32,218 bases of DNA from Desulfobacterales bacterium. Its GTDB lineage: Bacteria; Desulfobacterota; Desulfobacteria; Desulfobacterales; B30-G6. Below, piece by piece: positions 9,448-16,969 of the stretch. The number at the start of each line of letters is the position of its first letter. Position 1 is the first letter of the stretch. The notes under the pieces are model-generated. The model was not told the DNA's origin and did not search any database. It saw nothing but the letters and a program-made list of their open reading frames with translations. The translations under genes and the position numbers were made by a program. The DNA lies in the NCBI GenBank assembly GCA_029939655.1, contig JAOZSO010000002.1, positions 2,116-34,333 on the forward strand. Reading direction: 5' to 3'.

Positions 9448-10191
9448 ATGCTTAATACGCTTAAAAACAGATTCGAACAGGGCTACAGAACATCAAAATA
9501 TCCACAGGAAAAAATCGAACTGTGGAAACGTTACCGTGGACGCCCACAAATCAATAAAAAGGCCCAAAGCGATCTGGCCCTGACCTGTGCAGCGGCCTGT
9601 CCCCAGGATGCCATCGATGCGCAAAAAAAATTAATTGACATGGGGCGCTGTGTTTTCTGCGGAACCTGTGAACGCGTTTCTAAAGGAAAATTTGTCACCT
9701 TTACCCAGGACTTCGAAATCGCCGTATCCGAAAAAGAGCACCTTAGCACGGACGGATCACTTCCTGAATTGGCCACACATGCCCGGCAGCATTTCAAAAA
9801 ACTTTTTGGCCGCTCTTTGCAGTTGCGCCAGGTATCGGCCGGCGGCTGCAACGCCTGCGAAGCGGATCTCAATGTCCTGGCAACACCCTTTTTTGACCTG
9901 GCCCGCTTTGGAATCAACTTCGTGGCTTCGCCCCGCCATGCAGACGGCATCGTCGTAACCGGACCCGTCTCCCGCAACATGAAAACGGCCCTGTTTCAAA
10001 CCTACGAGGCCGTACCCGACCCCAAAGTTGTCATCGCCGTGGGTACTTGTACCCTGACCGGAGGACCCTTCAGGGGCAGCCCTGAAATCACAGAAGGCCT
10101 GGACAACCTCTTGCCGGTGGATCTTTATATTCCGGGATGCCCGCCCCACCCGCTGACCAATCTGCACGCCTTGCTGACGTTTTTTAAGTAG
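9448..10191 (+). CDS. ehrS: NuoB/HyfI-like small subunit with an N-terminal degenerate NuoI/HyfH-type ferredoxin module
   Basis: The C-terminal half has GGCNACE...GTC...PGCPP, the proximal 4Fe-4S ligands. The N-terminal half has a single CVFCGTC motif plus CAAACP. ATG 9448 with RBS AGGGA is preferred, and TTG 9427 is an alternative. Confidence 0.8.
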   Translation: MLNTLKNRFEQGYRTSKYPQEKIELWKRYRGRPQINKKAQSDLALTCAAACPQDAIDAQKKLIDMGRCVFCGTCERVSKGKFVTFTQDFEIAVSEKEHLSTDGSLPELATHARQHFKKLFGRSLQLRQVSAGGCNACEADLNVLATPFFDLARFGINFVASPRHADGIVVTGPVSRNMKTALFQTYEAVPDPKVVIAVGTCTLTGGPFRGSPEITEGLDNLLPVDLYIPGCPPHPLTNLHALLTFFK

Positions 10192-10309
10192 ATACCCAGC
10201 TCTGGAGGGACTGGCACTGATCATGCCCTATAAGAGTTTACTCGTACATCCGATATTCTAAATTCGAAATACGAATATCGAAATACGAAACAAATCCAAA
10301 TATTGAATG

Positions 10310-10371
10310 TTCAAATGTCCTAAACAAAAGCCCTTTTTTATACCTCCAAGGCTACGTTTTGATCATTTGAA
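10310..10371. repeat. Imperfect inverted repeat (ttcaaatgtcctaaac / gttttgatcatttgaa) between convergent genes; possible bidirectional terminator
   Basis: The arms match at 13 of 16 positions around a 30-nt spacer. It sits between the ehrS stop (10191) and the minus-strand gene stop (10403). Confidence 0.3.
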
Positions 10372-10402
10372 TGCACCCCGTTTGTTTATTCTTTTTCCCG
10401 CA

Positions 10403-11824
10403 TCACGGACGGATGATGATGGTCGGATACAGTCCTTCCTGTTCTCCCATGGGATAGGGTTGGATCGTGTTGAAGGAAATGTTTTGATTTTGCTGGGCGT
10501 GGCCCTTATTCGAATGACCGTTGAAAAAAGCCCCGTTGGCCTCCAGGATATGCTGAATTCTCTCTTTGAAGGCTGTAACAAATTCGGCGCCGCTTCCTTC
10601 AAAAATCATGTCACCTTTTGAAAAGCGGGTGTTGATTTTTGAAAAGGCCTTCAGAGACATACTGTTGTTCTTCAGGTCCTTTTCATCCGTCACCAGCCCC
10701 CAGACCAAATAGCCTGCCGGAATCGTCATTGGCTTGTGGACATCGATGATCGTATGCGGCATGATGATGCTATCCTGGCCGATGGTCAGTCGTGATTCCG
10801 GCCGTCCCCTCAGAAAACAGTTAAAACCGACAAATACATCCTTACCCAGGTCAGCCTCGATAATTTTGGCGCCATGGGCGGTAATGTCATTACCCTCCAG
10901 GCGTGAGTTGATGATATAGCTATGCTCCTGGGCGTTGGCACCTTTGCCGAGCCAGGCATTCTGAAGAAAGGCCCGCTGTGAAACCAGCACATTTTCGCTG
11001 ATATGCGTTTTGGGTCTGATCACGGCAAAGCGGTCAAGCGATGCGCTGTTGGGAACAGACACGGAAGGTTCCAGGTTGACCACGTTAAAAATCCGCTGGA
11101 AAGCCTCTTTGCGATCTTCCACAAAATCGATAAAGACTCCCTGGGGAGAACCACCGGCAGCAAAATAGATGTAATTGTTCAACCGTTGAAGGGGAAACCG
11201 GTACAGGAAATTGAACGTTTCAGGGCTACGCACCCACACCGTCCCGGGTTCAATATTCAGGTGGCTCACTTCCCCGGCTTGTATATAAGAAAATGTTCCG
11301 ACGAGACAGTCCCGTATCGTTGTGAGATCAACGGTTGAAAAGGGCCCCAGGAAGCATCCATCCGAAGGGGAGCCGTGGATATTGGCATAATGGGTGGAGA
11401 TGGTATCCCTGATAAAAAATTTCTCCAACGTTTCCGGGTCGTGAGAAAAATTGTGAACCAGCGTTTTGATCAGGAAGCTGTCATCTATCTCGATCTCTTC
11501 ATCCTCAGCCACCGGTATTTCAAATTCCTGATATTGGAACAGCTCTGCTTTCTGTTTGAGTTCGTCCCCCCTGATATCGCTCTTGTAGAGAAGTGAGTTG
11601 GTAACACTGCATTTTCCCAGAAAGTAGCTGCCGGCCAAATTGGAGTGTCTGAACTGAAGATGCAGCGGATGGTGGGGCGTAATGCCGTAAAATGCATAAA
11701 ATTTTGTCATCTGGTTCGGTGGGATAAGTTTTTGAACCAACGGGTTCACATCGTATTCGAGTTCCCGCAGGTTGATGTTGACGCGCTGGATAATCCTGTC
11801 CAATAGTCTTTCGAGTTCTTTCAT
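10403..11824 (-). CDS. Large hexapeptide-repeat (left-handed beta-helix) family protein, function unknown
   Basis: 473 aa. The C-terminal half has an LbH/gamma-carbonic-anhydrase/PaaY-like periodicity (GANAQEHSYIINSRLEGNDITAHGAKIIEADLGKDVFVGFNCFL...IGQDSIIMPHTII). I do not recognise the roughly 200-aa N-terminus. Confidence 0.6.
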   Translation of the reverse strand: MKELERLLDRIIQRVNINLRELEYDVNPLVQKLIPPNQMTKFYAFYGITPHHPLHLQFRHSNLAGSYFLGKCSVTNSLLYKSDIRGDELKQKAELFQYQEFEIPVAEDEEIEIDDSFLIKTLVHNFSHDPETLEKFFIRDTISTHYANIHGSPSDGCFLGPFSTVDLTTIRDCLVGTFSYIQAGEVSHLNIEPGTVWVRSPETFNFLYRFPLQRLNNYIYFAAGGSPQGVFIDFVEDRKEAFQRIFNVVNLEPSVSVPNSASLDRFAVIRPKTHISENVLVSQRAFLQNAWLGKGANAQEHSYIINSRLEGNDITAHGAKIIEADLGKDVFVGFNCFLRGRPESRLTIGQDSIIMPHTIIDVHKPMTIPAGYLVWGLVTDEKDLKNNSMSLKAFSKINTRFSKGDMIFEGSGAEFVTAFKERIQHILEANGAFFNGHSNKGHAQQNQNISFNTIQPYPMGEQEGLYPTIIIRP

Positions 11825-12399
11825 GGTATATCCTCACCTACTTTGGTTGCTTCGACCTCTTTCATGACATGGAAGGTTGCAGCGAACACATCCGGCATTC
11901 TCAGTATACCCACAATTTTCTTTTTTTGAGTCACCAGCAGAGACAGATGGTGCCCTGTGAGCAGCTGGTGGACGGCGGTATCAAGGGAAGTGTCTTCATT
12001 GACGTACTCGCCTTCGGAAGGGGTTTGCATAAATTCTTCAACCTTGAGCTTGACCGCTTTTGTGTAGATGTCCTTGTTTGGTGGAGCCGTCCGACGGTAC
12101 TGTTCCTGTTGAAGCGCAATGGACTTTGAGCTAAAGCCGAACTTTCTGATATCCTTTATCCGTTCAATTTTATCATCCTTTGGATCAAGGGACCGCAGGA
12201 AATCCAACTGACTGACTTTTCCAACCACCTGTTTGTTGCTGTCCAAAACCAGTACGGCACGGTGGGAGTATTGGGTATGGCAATATTCCTCCTGGGCTTT
12301 TTCCAGCGCAAGCACGGCCTCGGACAGTGTCGATCCCACGGCTACGGTCGCATATTCTGAAATTGGAACCATCAAGTCCTTCACACAATATTGTTTCAT
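11821..12399 (-). CDS. CBS-pair domain protein
   Basis: 192 aa with two CBS-like modules (VKDLMVP...AVLVLDSNKQVVGKVSQLDFL and VEEFMQTP...LLVTQKKKIVGILRMPDV). RBS is GGAGGA. It overlaps the downstream gene by 4 nt. Confidence 0.8.
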   Translation of the reverse strand: MKQYCVKDLMVPISEYATVAVGSTLSEAVLALEKAQEEYCHTQYSHRAVLVLDSNKQVVGKVSQLDFLRSLDPKDDKIERIKDIRKFGFSSKSIALQQEQYRRTAPPNKDIYTKAVKLKVEEFMQTPSEGEYVNEDTSLDTAVHQLLTGHHLSLLVTQKKKIVGILRMPDVFAATFHVMKEVEATKVGEDIP

Positions 12400-12420
12400 A
12401 TCTCCTCCAAGGTACGTTGG

Positions 12421-12837
12421 CTATTGCGATTCAAATTCGATCTGCGTATTGGCCTGGGCCGCCGACAGTCCCGGAAAGGTCGAGGTCACGATCCTGGGCA
12501 TGCTGTGGCTGAGATTGCGTTCCAGCTGGTCACGCCCCTCCAGGGCTTCCGACACACGCTTTTTGAAATAAAACAGGTTTGCCGTCAGTTTTTTTGCCGA
12601 CCGGCACCCGCTTATCCTCCTGCCAGAAAGATTTCGGCAGTCTGTTTTTTAATTCGGGGTTTACCCGAAAAGCTTTGGACGTACTGAAGACCTTGAGAGG
12701 TTCAGGGATATTGCCCGAATCCATGACCACAAACTGACCGGTTTTCGGTTCGTAGCCAACATGGCTGGCCTGGATGATCACCTTTTGTCGGCCAGGCACT
12801 TGGTCTGGCCGATCTTGGTAAACACCCGTCCAAGCAT
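12421..12837 (-). pseudogene. Disrupted small ORF of unknown family that needs 2-3 reading frames
   Basis: The track ORF 12530-12799 continues plausibly in another frame after an A7 run (T7 on the plus strand, 12589-12595). That frame reads ...AKKLTANLFYFKKRVSEALEGRDQLERNLSHSMPRIVTSTFPGLSAAQANTQIEFESQ-stop at 12421. An upstream ATG at 12837 lies in a third frame. Confidence 0.5.
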
Positions 12838-12861
12838 GATGGATGCAAAAATAGAATACGA

Positions 12862-12890
12862 ATTTTAACCTTTCAACTTTTAGTTGTCAA
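12862..12890 (-). promoter_or_regulatory. Near-consensus sigma70-type promoter on the minus strand (TTGACA-N17-TAAAAT)
   Basis: The -35 is at 12885-12890 and the -10 at 12862-12867 (reverse complement), with a 17-nt spacer. It lies about 25 nt upstream of the ATG at 12837. Confidence 0.55.
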
Positions 12891-12907
12891 TAAAAATTTG
12901 GGTGAAG

Positions 12908-13801
12908 TTATTTTTGCACAAGCCCTGCCTTGAGTCGATTCAGTGCCACCACGCTGCCAAAGACCAAAATGCCACCGACCCAGAACCTCAGCGTCACGGG
13001 GTCTCCCAGGAAGACAATACCCACGATACCGGTGAAGATCACCTCACTGGACATGAACACGCCCCCCTCCCACCCCTTGCAATAGAAAAATCCCTGGTTC
13101 ATGAGGAGCTGGGCCGTCAAAGATGTGAAGATGATCCCCAGAACCATGGCCCACTCCATTGGTGTGGCAGGCAATATCGGCGTCATAATAAATTTGGGCG
13201 CGGTGACCAGGGCGCCCATGGTGCAGAAGTAGAGGTAGATGATGACCGGTCCGTTTTTTTCCCTTAAGCTGCGGATCAGTGTTACGGTGAGACCTGCGAA
13301 CACGGCACCGATTATAGCCATGGCCTGTCCTAAAAAAGTACCGCCAAGTCTGAAATCGAACAACGCCCCGACACCGACCACCACCAGGACAATACAGGCT
13401 ATCTCGAGCTTGCTAATTTTTTCGCCGTAAATCAGGTAGGCAAAAACCGCTGAAAATGCCGGAAACGAGTAGAAAAGAACCAGAGCCGTCGACAGCGGCA
13501 GCAGTTTGAGCGCCGTGATAAGGGAGATAAAGGCCACGGAGCCTACACACCCCCGGATAATCAGCAGCCGGGTGTTATTCCCCCGAAAAGGGTTGTGGTG
13601 GCGGCCGAAGATGATAAGAATCATGACCAGACCCCCGAAAAAACGAAAAAAGCCGATGTGCCAGACGGTGAACACCGGATTCAGGGTCTTGATGATCAGG
13701 TTGAGCAGGGTGAACAAAAGCGCAGCAGACAACATGAACAGCGGCCCGGCAAGGGCTGCGTCCATCTGAACCAGGCTGCGCCGTTTTTTGGGTGCATCCA
13801 T
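12908..13801 (-). CDS. EamA/DMT-superfamily transporter
   Basis: Ten-TM-like duplicated EamA pattern. I prefer the start at MDAPKKRR (13801, RBS GGAG) over the track start at 13870. Confidence 0.8.
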   Translation of the reverse strand: MDAPKKRRSLVQMDAALAGPLFMLSAALLFTLLNLIIKTLNPVFTVWHIGFFRFFGGLVMILIIFGRHHNPFRGNNTRLLIIRGCVGSVAFISLITALKLLPLSTALVLFYSFPAFSAVFAYLIYGEKISKLEIACIVLVVVGVGALFDFRLGGTFLGQAMAIIGAVFAGLTVTLIRSLREKNGPVIIYLYFCTMGALVTAPKFIMTPILPATPMEWAMVLGIIFTSLTAQLLMNQGFFYCKGWEGGVFMSSEVIFTGIVGIVFLGDPVTLRFWVGGILVFGSVVALNRLKAGLVQK

Positions 13802-14045
13802 ATCAACTCCAAGGATTATTAATAAAATCGTTGGAACAATTTTATTAGAACTTGACACGTATGACATCATTTAATATTTATTTAAAAATATTTTTCGTTT
13901 CTTTCCCGATATGGCACTTTTTCCGCAATTTATCAATTCAATAAAGCCGATAAGCAATCATTCTCGCACACAAAGTGCGGGTCTAAAAAATTTTTGAAAT
14001 ATACCATTTTGCTTAAAGGGCCTTTTTTTATACAAAAAAAACCAC

Positions 14046-14081
14046 TTGACAATAAGTCCATATATGGTACCATATACGGAC
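14046..14081 (+). promoter_or_regulatory. TTGACA -35 box plus an 11-bp-arm palindrome (gtccatatatg-gtac-catatacggac); likely autoregulatory operator of the TA operon
   Basis: The palindrome at 14056-14081 has one mismatch and lies just upstream of RBS GGAGG (14083-14087) and the ATG at 14095. The -10 element is not clear. Confidence 0.45.
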
Positions 14082-14094
14082 TGGAGGCAATAAA

Positions 14095-14376
14095 ATGAAT
14101 ATTACGAACGACATAAAATCAGTATCTTATTTAAAATCTAGGGCTGCAGATTTATTATCTCAGATTAATGAGACTCACCGTCCTGTCATCATAACGCAGA
14201 ATGGAGAACCACGAGCTGTTCTTCAAGATCCAAAAAGCTATGAGGATATGCGTAATGTAATCGGATTACTGAAACTGATATCTCAGGGTGAAAGTGATGT
14301 CCGGAACGAAAAGGTAAAATCTCAAGATAGTGTGTTTAAAAACATTGAGAAATCACTGAAAGAAAAACCTAAATGA
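14095..14376 (+). CDS. Type II antitoxin, Phd/YefM family
   Basis: 93 aa. The N-terminus VSYLKSRAADLLSQINETHRPVIITQNGEPRAVLQDPKSYE is typical of Phd/YefM. Confidence 0.85.
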   Translation: MNITNDIKSVSYLKSRAADLLSQINETHRPVIITQNGEPRAVLQDPKSYEDMRNVIGLLKLISQGESDVRNEKVKSQDSVFKNIEKSLKEKPK

Positions 14377-14705
14377 AACAAAACTACAAAGTTATCTGGG
14401 CAAATGTTGCAGAAAGTGATTTGAAAGATATTATTGAATACATATCAATAGACAGCCCTCAAAACGCACTAAGAATCTTAAAAAATATTAAACATAAAAC
14501 TTCAGAGCTTTATACCCTTCCTGAAAGAAACCGTATTGTTCCAGAACTTCAAGACCAAGGAATATTACAATACAGAGAAATGATCATACCGCCATGGAGG
14601 TTGATATACAGGATTGCTGAACGGAAAGTATATGTATTATCATTAATAGATTCTCGCCGGAATGTTGAAGATATCCTATTGAAAAGATTAATAGCAACCA
14701 AATAA
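14373..14705 (+). CDS. Type II toxin, RelE/ParE family (ParE-like)
   Basis: 110 aa. It overlaps the antitoxin by 4 nt (ATGA). Motifs are A..DL..I..YI and the C-terminal YRI..R.V.VL...D.RR. Confidence 0.85.
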   Translation: MKQNYKVIWANVAESDLKDIIEYISIDSPQNALRILKNIKHKTSELYTLPERNRIVPELQDQGILQYREMIIPPWRLIYRIAERKVYVLSLIDSRRNVEDILLKRLIATK

Positions 14706-14713
14706 AAGCAAAG

Positions 14714-14947
14714 ATGACGCAAAATACAGACTTAAAAGTGTTTATCTCGACCTCGAATTCATCCTGTGACGAGTGCGGTGAGGATCTCGGGCGTCGAGCC
14801 TGGATAACGCTGACAAAAGACAAGAGAGCACTCTGTCTGGCATGCGCAGAGGAAAATCCGGATCTTACATACAGCCTTATCAAAGAAATATTGATCGGAA
14901 TCACCGAGCTGGATCATGGCGCGTCATCAGAATACAGCTTTGGATAA
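14714..14947 (+). CDS. Small CxxC...CxxC zinc-ribbon protein, possibly the N-terminal remnant of a longer (DUF2293-like) gene
   Basis: 77 aa. VFISTSNSSCDECGEDLGRRAWITLTKDKRALCLACAE resembles the N-terminus of longer proteins as I remember them, and the tail has no recognisable features. Confidence 0.35.
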   Translation: MTQNTDLKVFISTSNSSCDECGEDLGRRAWITLTKDKRALCLACAEENPDLTYSLIKEILIGITELDHGASSEYSFG

Positions 14948-14997
14948 TGATTGGCCCCCACCAGAATTATTATCGAGATTTAAAAAAATACATTAAA

Positions 14998-15267
14998 TTA
15001 TAAGTTTCCGGATCGCATACGAGACAGGGCCATTTCAATGGGTTGCGGGTCGAGTTGCCGCATGAGAGCGCCGATATGTTTAATCTGCCTGCGCCGGGCA
15101 CCATGGCTCTTTATTTTTCGTGCAAATTCGATAGCCTCCAGAAGTTCATCCGGTAGGCCCATGGTCTCAAGCTGGCCGGAATTCAAAGATACCAGCTGCT
15201 CCCCCAGGCGCTGCAGGGCCTGATCTTCCTTTTTTTTCTGGGTTCTGCTTTTATACTCCATATCCAT
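14998..15267 (-). CDS. YjgA/DUF615-family ribosome-associated protein, short form aligning only to the N-terminal half of E. coli YjgA
   Basis: 89 aa. LQRLGEQLVSL...LPDELLEAIEFARKIKSHGARRRQIKHIGALMRQLDPQPIEMAL parallels E. coli YjgA LKRLGAEIVDL...[39 protein letters not shown]. Confidence 0.65.
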   Translation of the reverse strand: MDMEYKSRTQKKKEDQALQRLGEQLVSLNSGQLETMGLPDELLEAIEFARKIKSHGARRRQIKHIGALMRQLDPQPIEMALSRMRSGNL

Positions 15268-15519
15268 GCCTGTTCAGCTTTTCCTCCGGCGGTGCGCCAA
15301 GTTTCTTCCCTTGCAAGAAGGAATTTTTCCACAATTCAGTTGATTTTACACCTAAACTCTTGCAGTAATAATATCCCAAGAACAACATTAGTACTGCAAA
15401 CGGGTTCAAATGATCAAGCAATCTTTCGATTACTCTCTCCAGCTCCGATTGAAATGAAAACGATGGAACAAGGCACCAGCCGATAGGATTGCAAACCCTT
15501 TAAAAAAAGGCATCAAGCA

Positions 15520-16662
15520 GTGGCATATCAGTATCAAAAGAATGACCAATATTTTGCCCAGATAGCCGATGGATTAAAAGAGGCCGGCGCACAGGAAATA
15601 ACTGAACTCGGCGCCAAGGATGTTCGGCCTGAATTCAGTGGCATCTATTTTAAGGCGGACAAATTAACCCTGTATCGAATCAACTATCTGACCCGGCTTC
15701 TCTCACGCTGCCTTGCGCCGTTAGTATCATACGCTTGTCCGGATACGGACACACTGTATCAGAAGGCTAAACAGATCGCCTGGGAAGATTTCTTTACAAA
15801 AGACAATACTTTTGCTGTGTCGGGAAATGTTTCCGACAGTGCGATTTCGCATTCAAAGTATGCCGCTCTCCGTCTTAAAGATGCCATCGCCGACTATTTC
15901 AAAGAAAAAACCGGTCAGCGTCCGGATGTGTCGGTAAGGAATCCTGATATCCCGCTGAACCTTCATATCAGGAACGATAAGGCCGTTATAAGCCTGGACA
16001 CGTCAGGCGGTGCACTTCACAGGAGAGGATACCGAGAGGAGGCTGTTTCGGCACCCATGCAGGAAACCGTTGCCGCTGCGATTATACGATTCAGTGAATG
16101 GGACGGATCTGTTCCTCTTTATGATCCGTTGTGCGGTTCGGGAACCCTTTTGTGTGAAGCGCTCATGCAATATAGCCATATCCCTGCGGGCATATTCAGA
16201 CAGCGATTCGGTTTTGAATGTATGCCCGACTTTGATCGCGCTGTCTGGCAACAGGTGAAGAAAGAGGTCGACGGACAGATCCGGGAACTGCCGAAAAGAC
16301 TGATTGCGGGCAGTGATGTGTCACTGGAAGCTGTCAGGGCCGCACGAACAAATCTGATGGGGCTCCATTACGGAAATAGGGTAACCATTGAACGGGTAGA
16401 CTTCAAAAAACTGCCGGCCTTTAAAAAGCACGTCATTGTAACCAATCCACCTTACGGCATTCGGATGGGGGGAGATCAGAACCTTGAACTATTTTATAAA
16501 CATTTCGGTGCTTTTCTAAAACAGAAATGCAAAGGCTCAACCGCCTTTGTGTATTTCGGAGATCGGGAATATATCAAAAAGATCGGTCTGAAAGCATCCT
16601 GGAAAAAACCGATCAAAGCCGGTGGGCTCGATGGCAGGCTGGTTAAATACGAGATGTATTGA
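15520..16662 (+). CDS. THUMP-domain class I SAM-dependent RNA methyltransferase (RlmL/YpsC-like)
   Basis: 380 aa with a GTG start. It has the DPLCGSGTLL SAM motif and the VTNPPYG catalytic motif, and the N-terminus is THUMP-like. Confidence 0.8.
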   Translation: MAYQYQKNDQYFAQIADGLKEAGAQEITELGAKDVRPEFSGIYFKADKLTLYRINYLTRLLSRCLAPLVSYACPDTDTLYQKAKQIAWEDFFTKDNTFAVSGNVSDSAISHSKYAALRLKDAIADYFKEKTGQRPDVSVRNPDIPLNLHIRNDKAVISLDTSGGALHRRGYREEAVSAPMQETVAAAIIRFSEWDGSVPLYDPLCGSGTLLCEALMQYSHIPAGIFRQRFGFECMPDFDRAVWQQVKKEVDGQIRELPKRLIAGSDVSLEAVRAARTNLMGLHYGNRVTIERVDFKKLPAFKKHVIVTNPPYGIRMGGDQNLELFYKHFGAFLKQKCKGSTAFVYFGDREYIKKIGLKASWKKPIKAGGLDGRLVKYEMY

Positions 16663-16667
16663 AAGTG

Positions 16668-16969
16668 ATGAATATTCAAACAACCATCGTCATGCCGAAC
16701 AACGCGCCCCGTCATTGGGTAAGCTTACATTCCCACTGGTGCTGGAATACGTAGACGATATGAAAACGGTTTCAGAAAAAGCCATTATTGAGGCTGTTCA
16801 ATTTCTATTTTATCGAATGAAACTGGTGGTTGAGCCGTCAGGCGCTCTTGGGCTGGCAGCCCTGCTGAGTCAGGCTGTGGTACCGGAAGGCCGGGTTGGA
16901 ATCATCTTAAGTGGCGGAAACATAGATTCTGACACAATGATAACGATTTTAAGCGGAGTTATCTCATGA
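16668..16969 (+). pseudogene. Remnant of a PLP-dependent threonine dehydratase / serine racemase-family gene (internal deletion and frameshift)
   Basis: One frame reads MNIQTTIVMPNNAP, matching the family TIVMP..AP motif, then stops. The next frame carries only the family C-terminus (VSEKAIIEAVQFLFYRMKLVVEPSGALGLAALL...IILSGGNID). Confidence 0.6.

Noticed and set aside
12589-12595. The A7 run as a programmed frameshift or transcriptional slippage site.
   Set aside because: The required shift is +1, with no recognisable stimulatory structure or slippery heptamer context. A homopolymer indel, whether a mutation or an assembly error, is the simpler explanation.
13912-13927. TGGCAC-N5-CCGCA with correct GG-N10-GC spacing (a sigma54-like promoter) on the plus strand.
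   Set aside because: The nearest downstream plus-strand gene is the TA operon about 170 nt away, which has its own -35 and operator. There is no enhancer-binding-protein context, so this is probably a chance match.
15292-15486. A 64-aa ORF in the divergent spacer between the yjgA-like gene and the methyltransferase.
   Set aside because: It has no RBS, low-complexity composition and an alternative start codon. This region is more likely to hold the divergent promoters.
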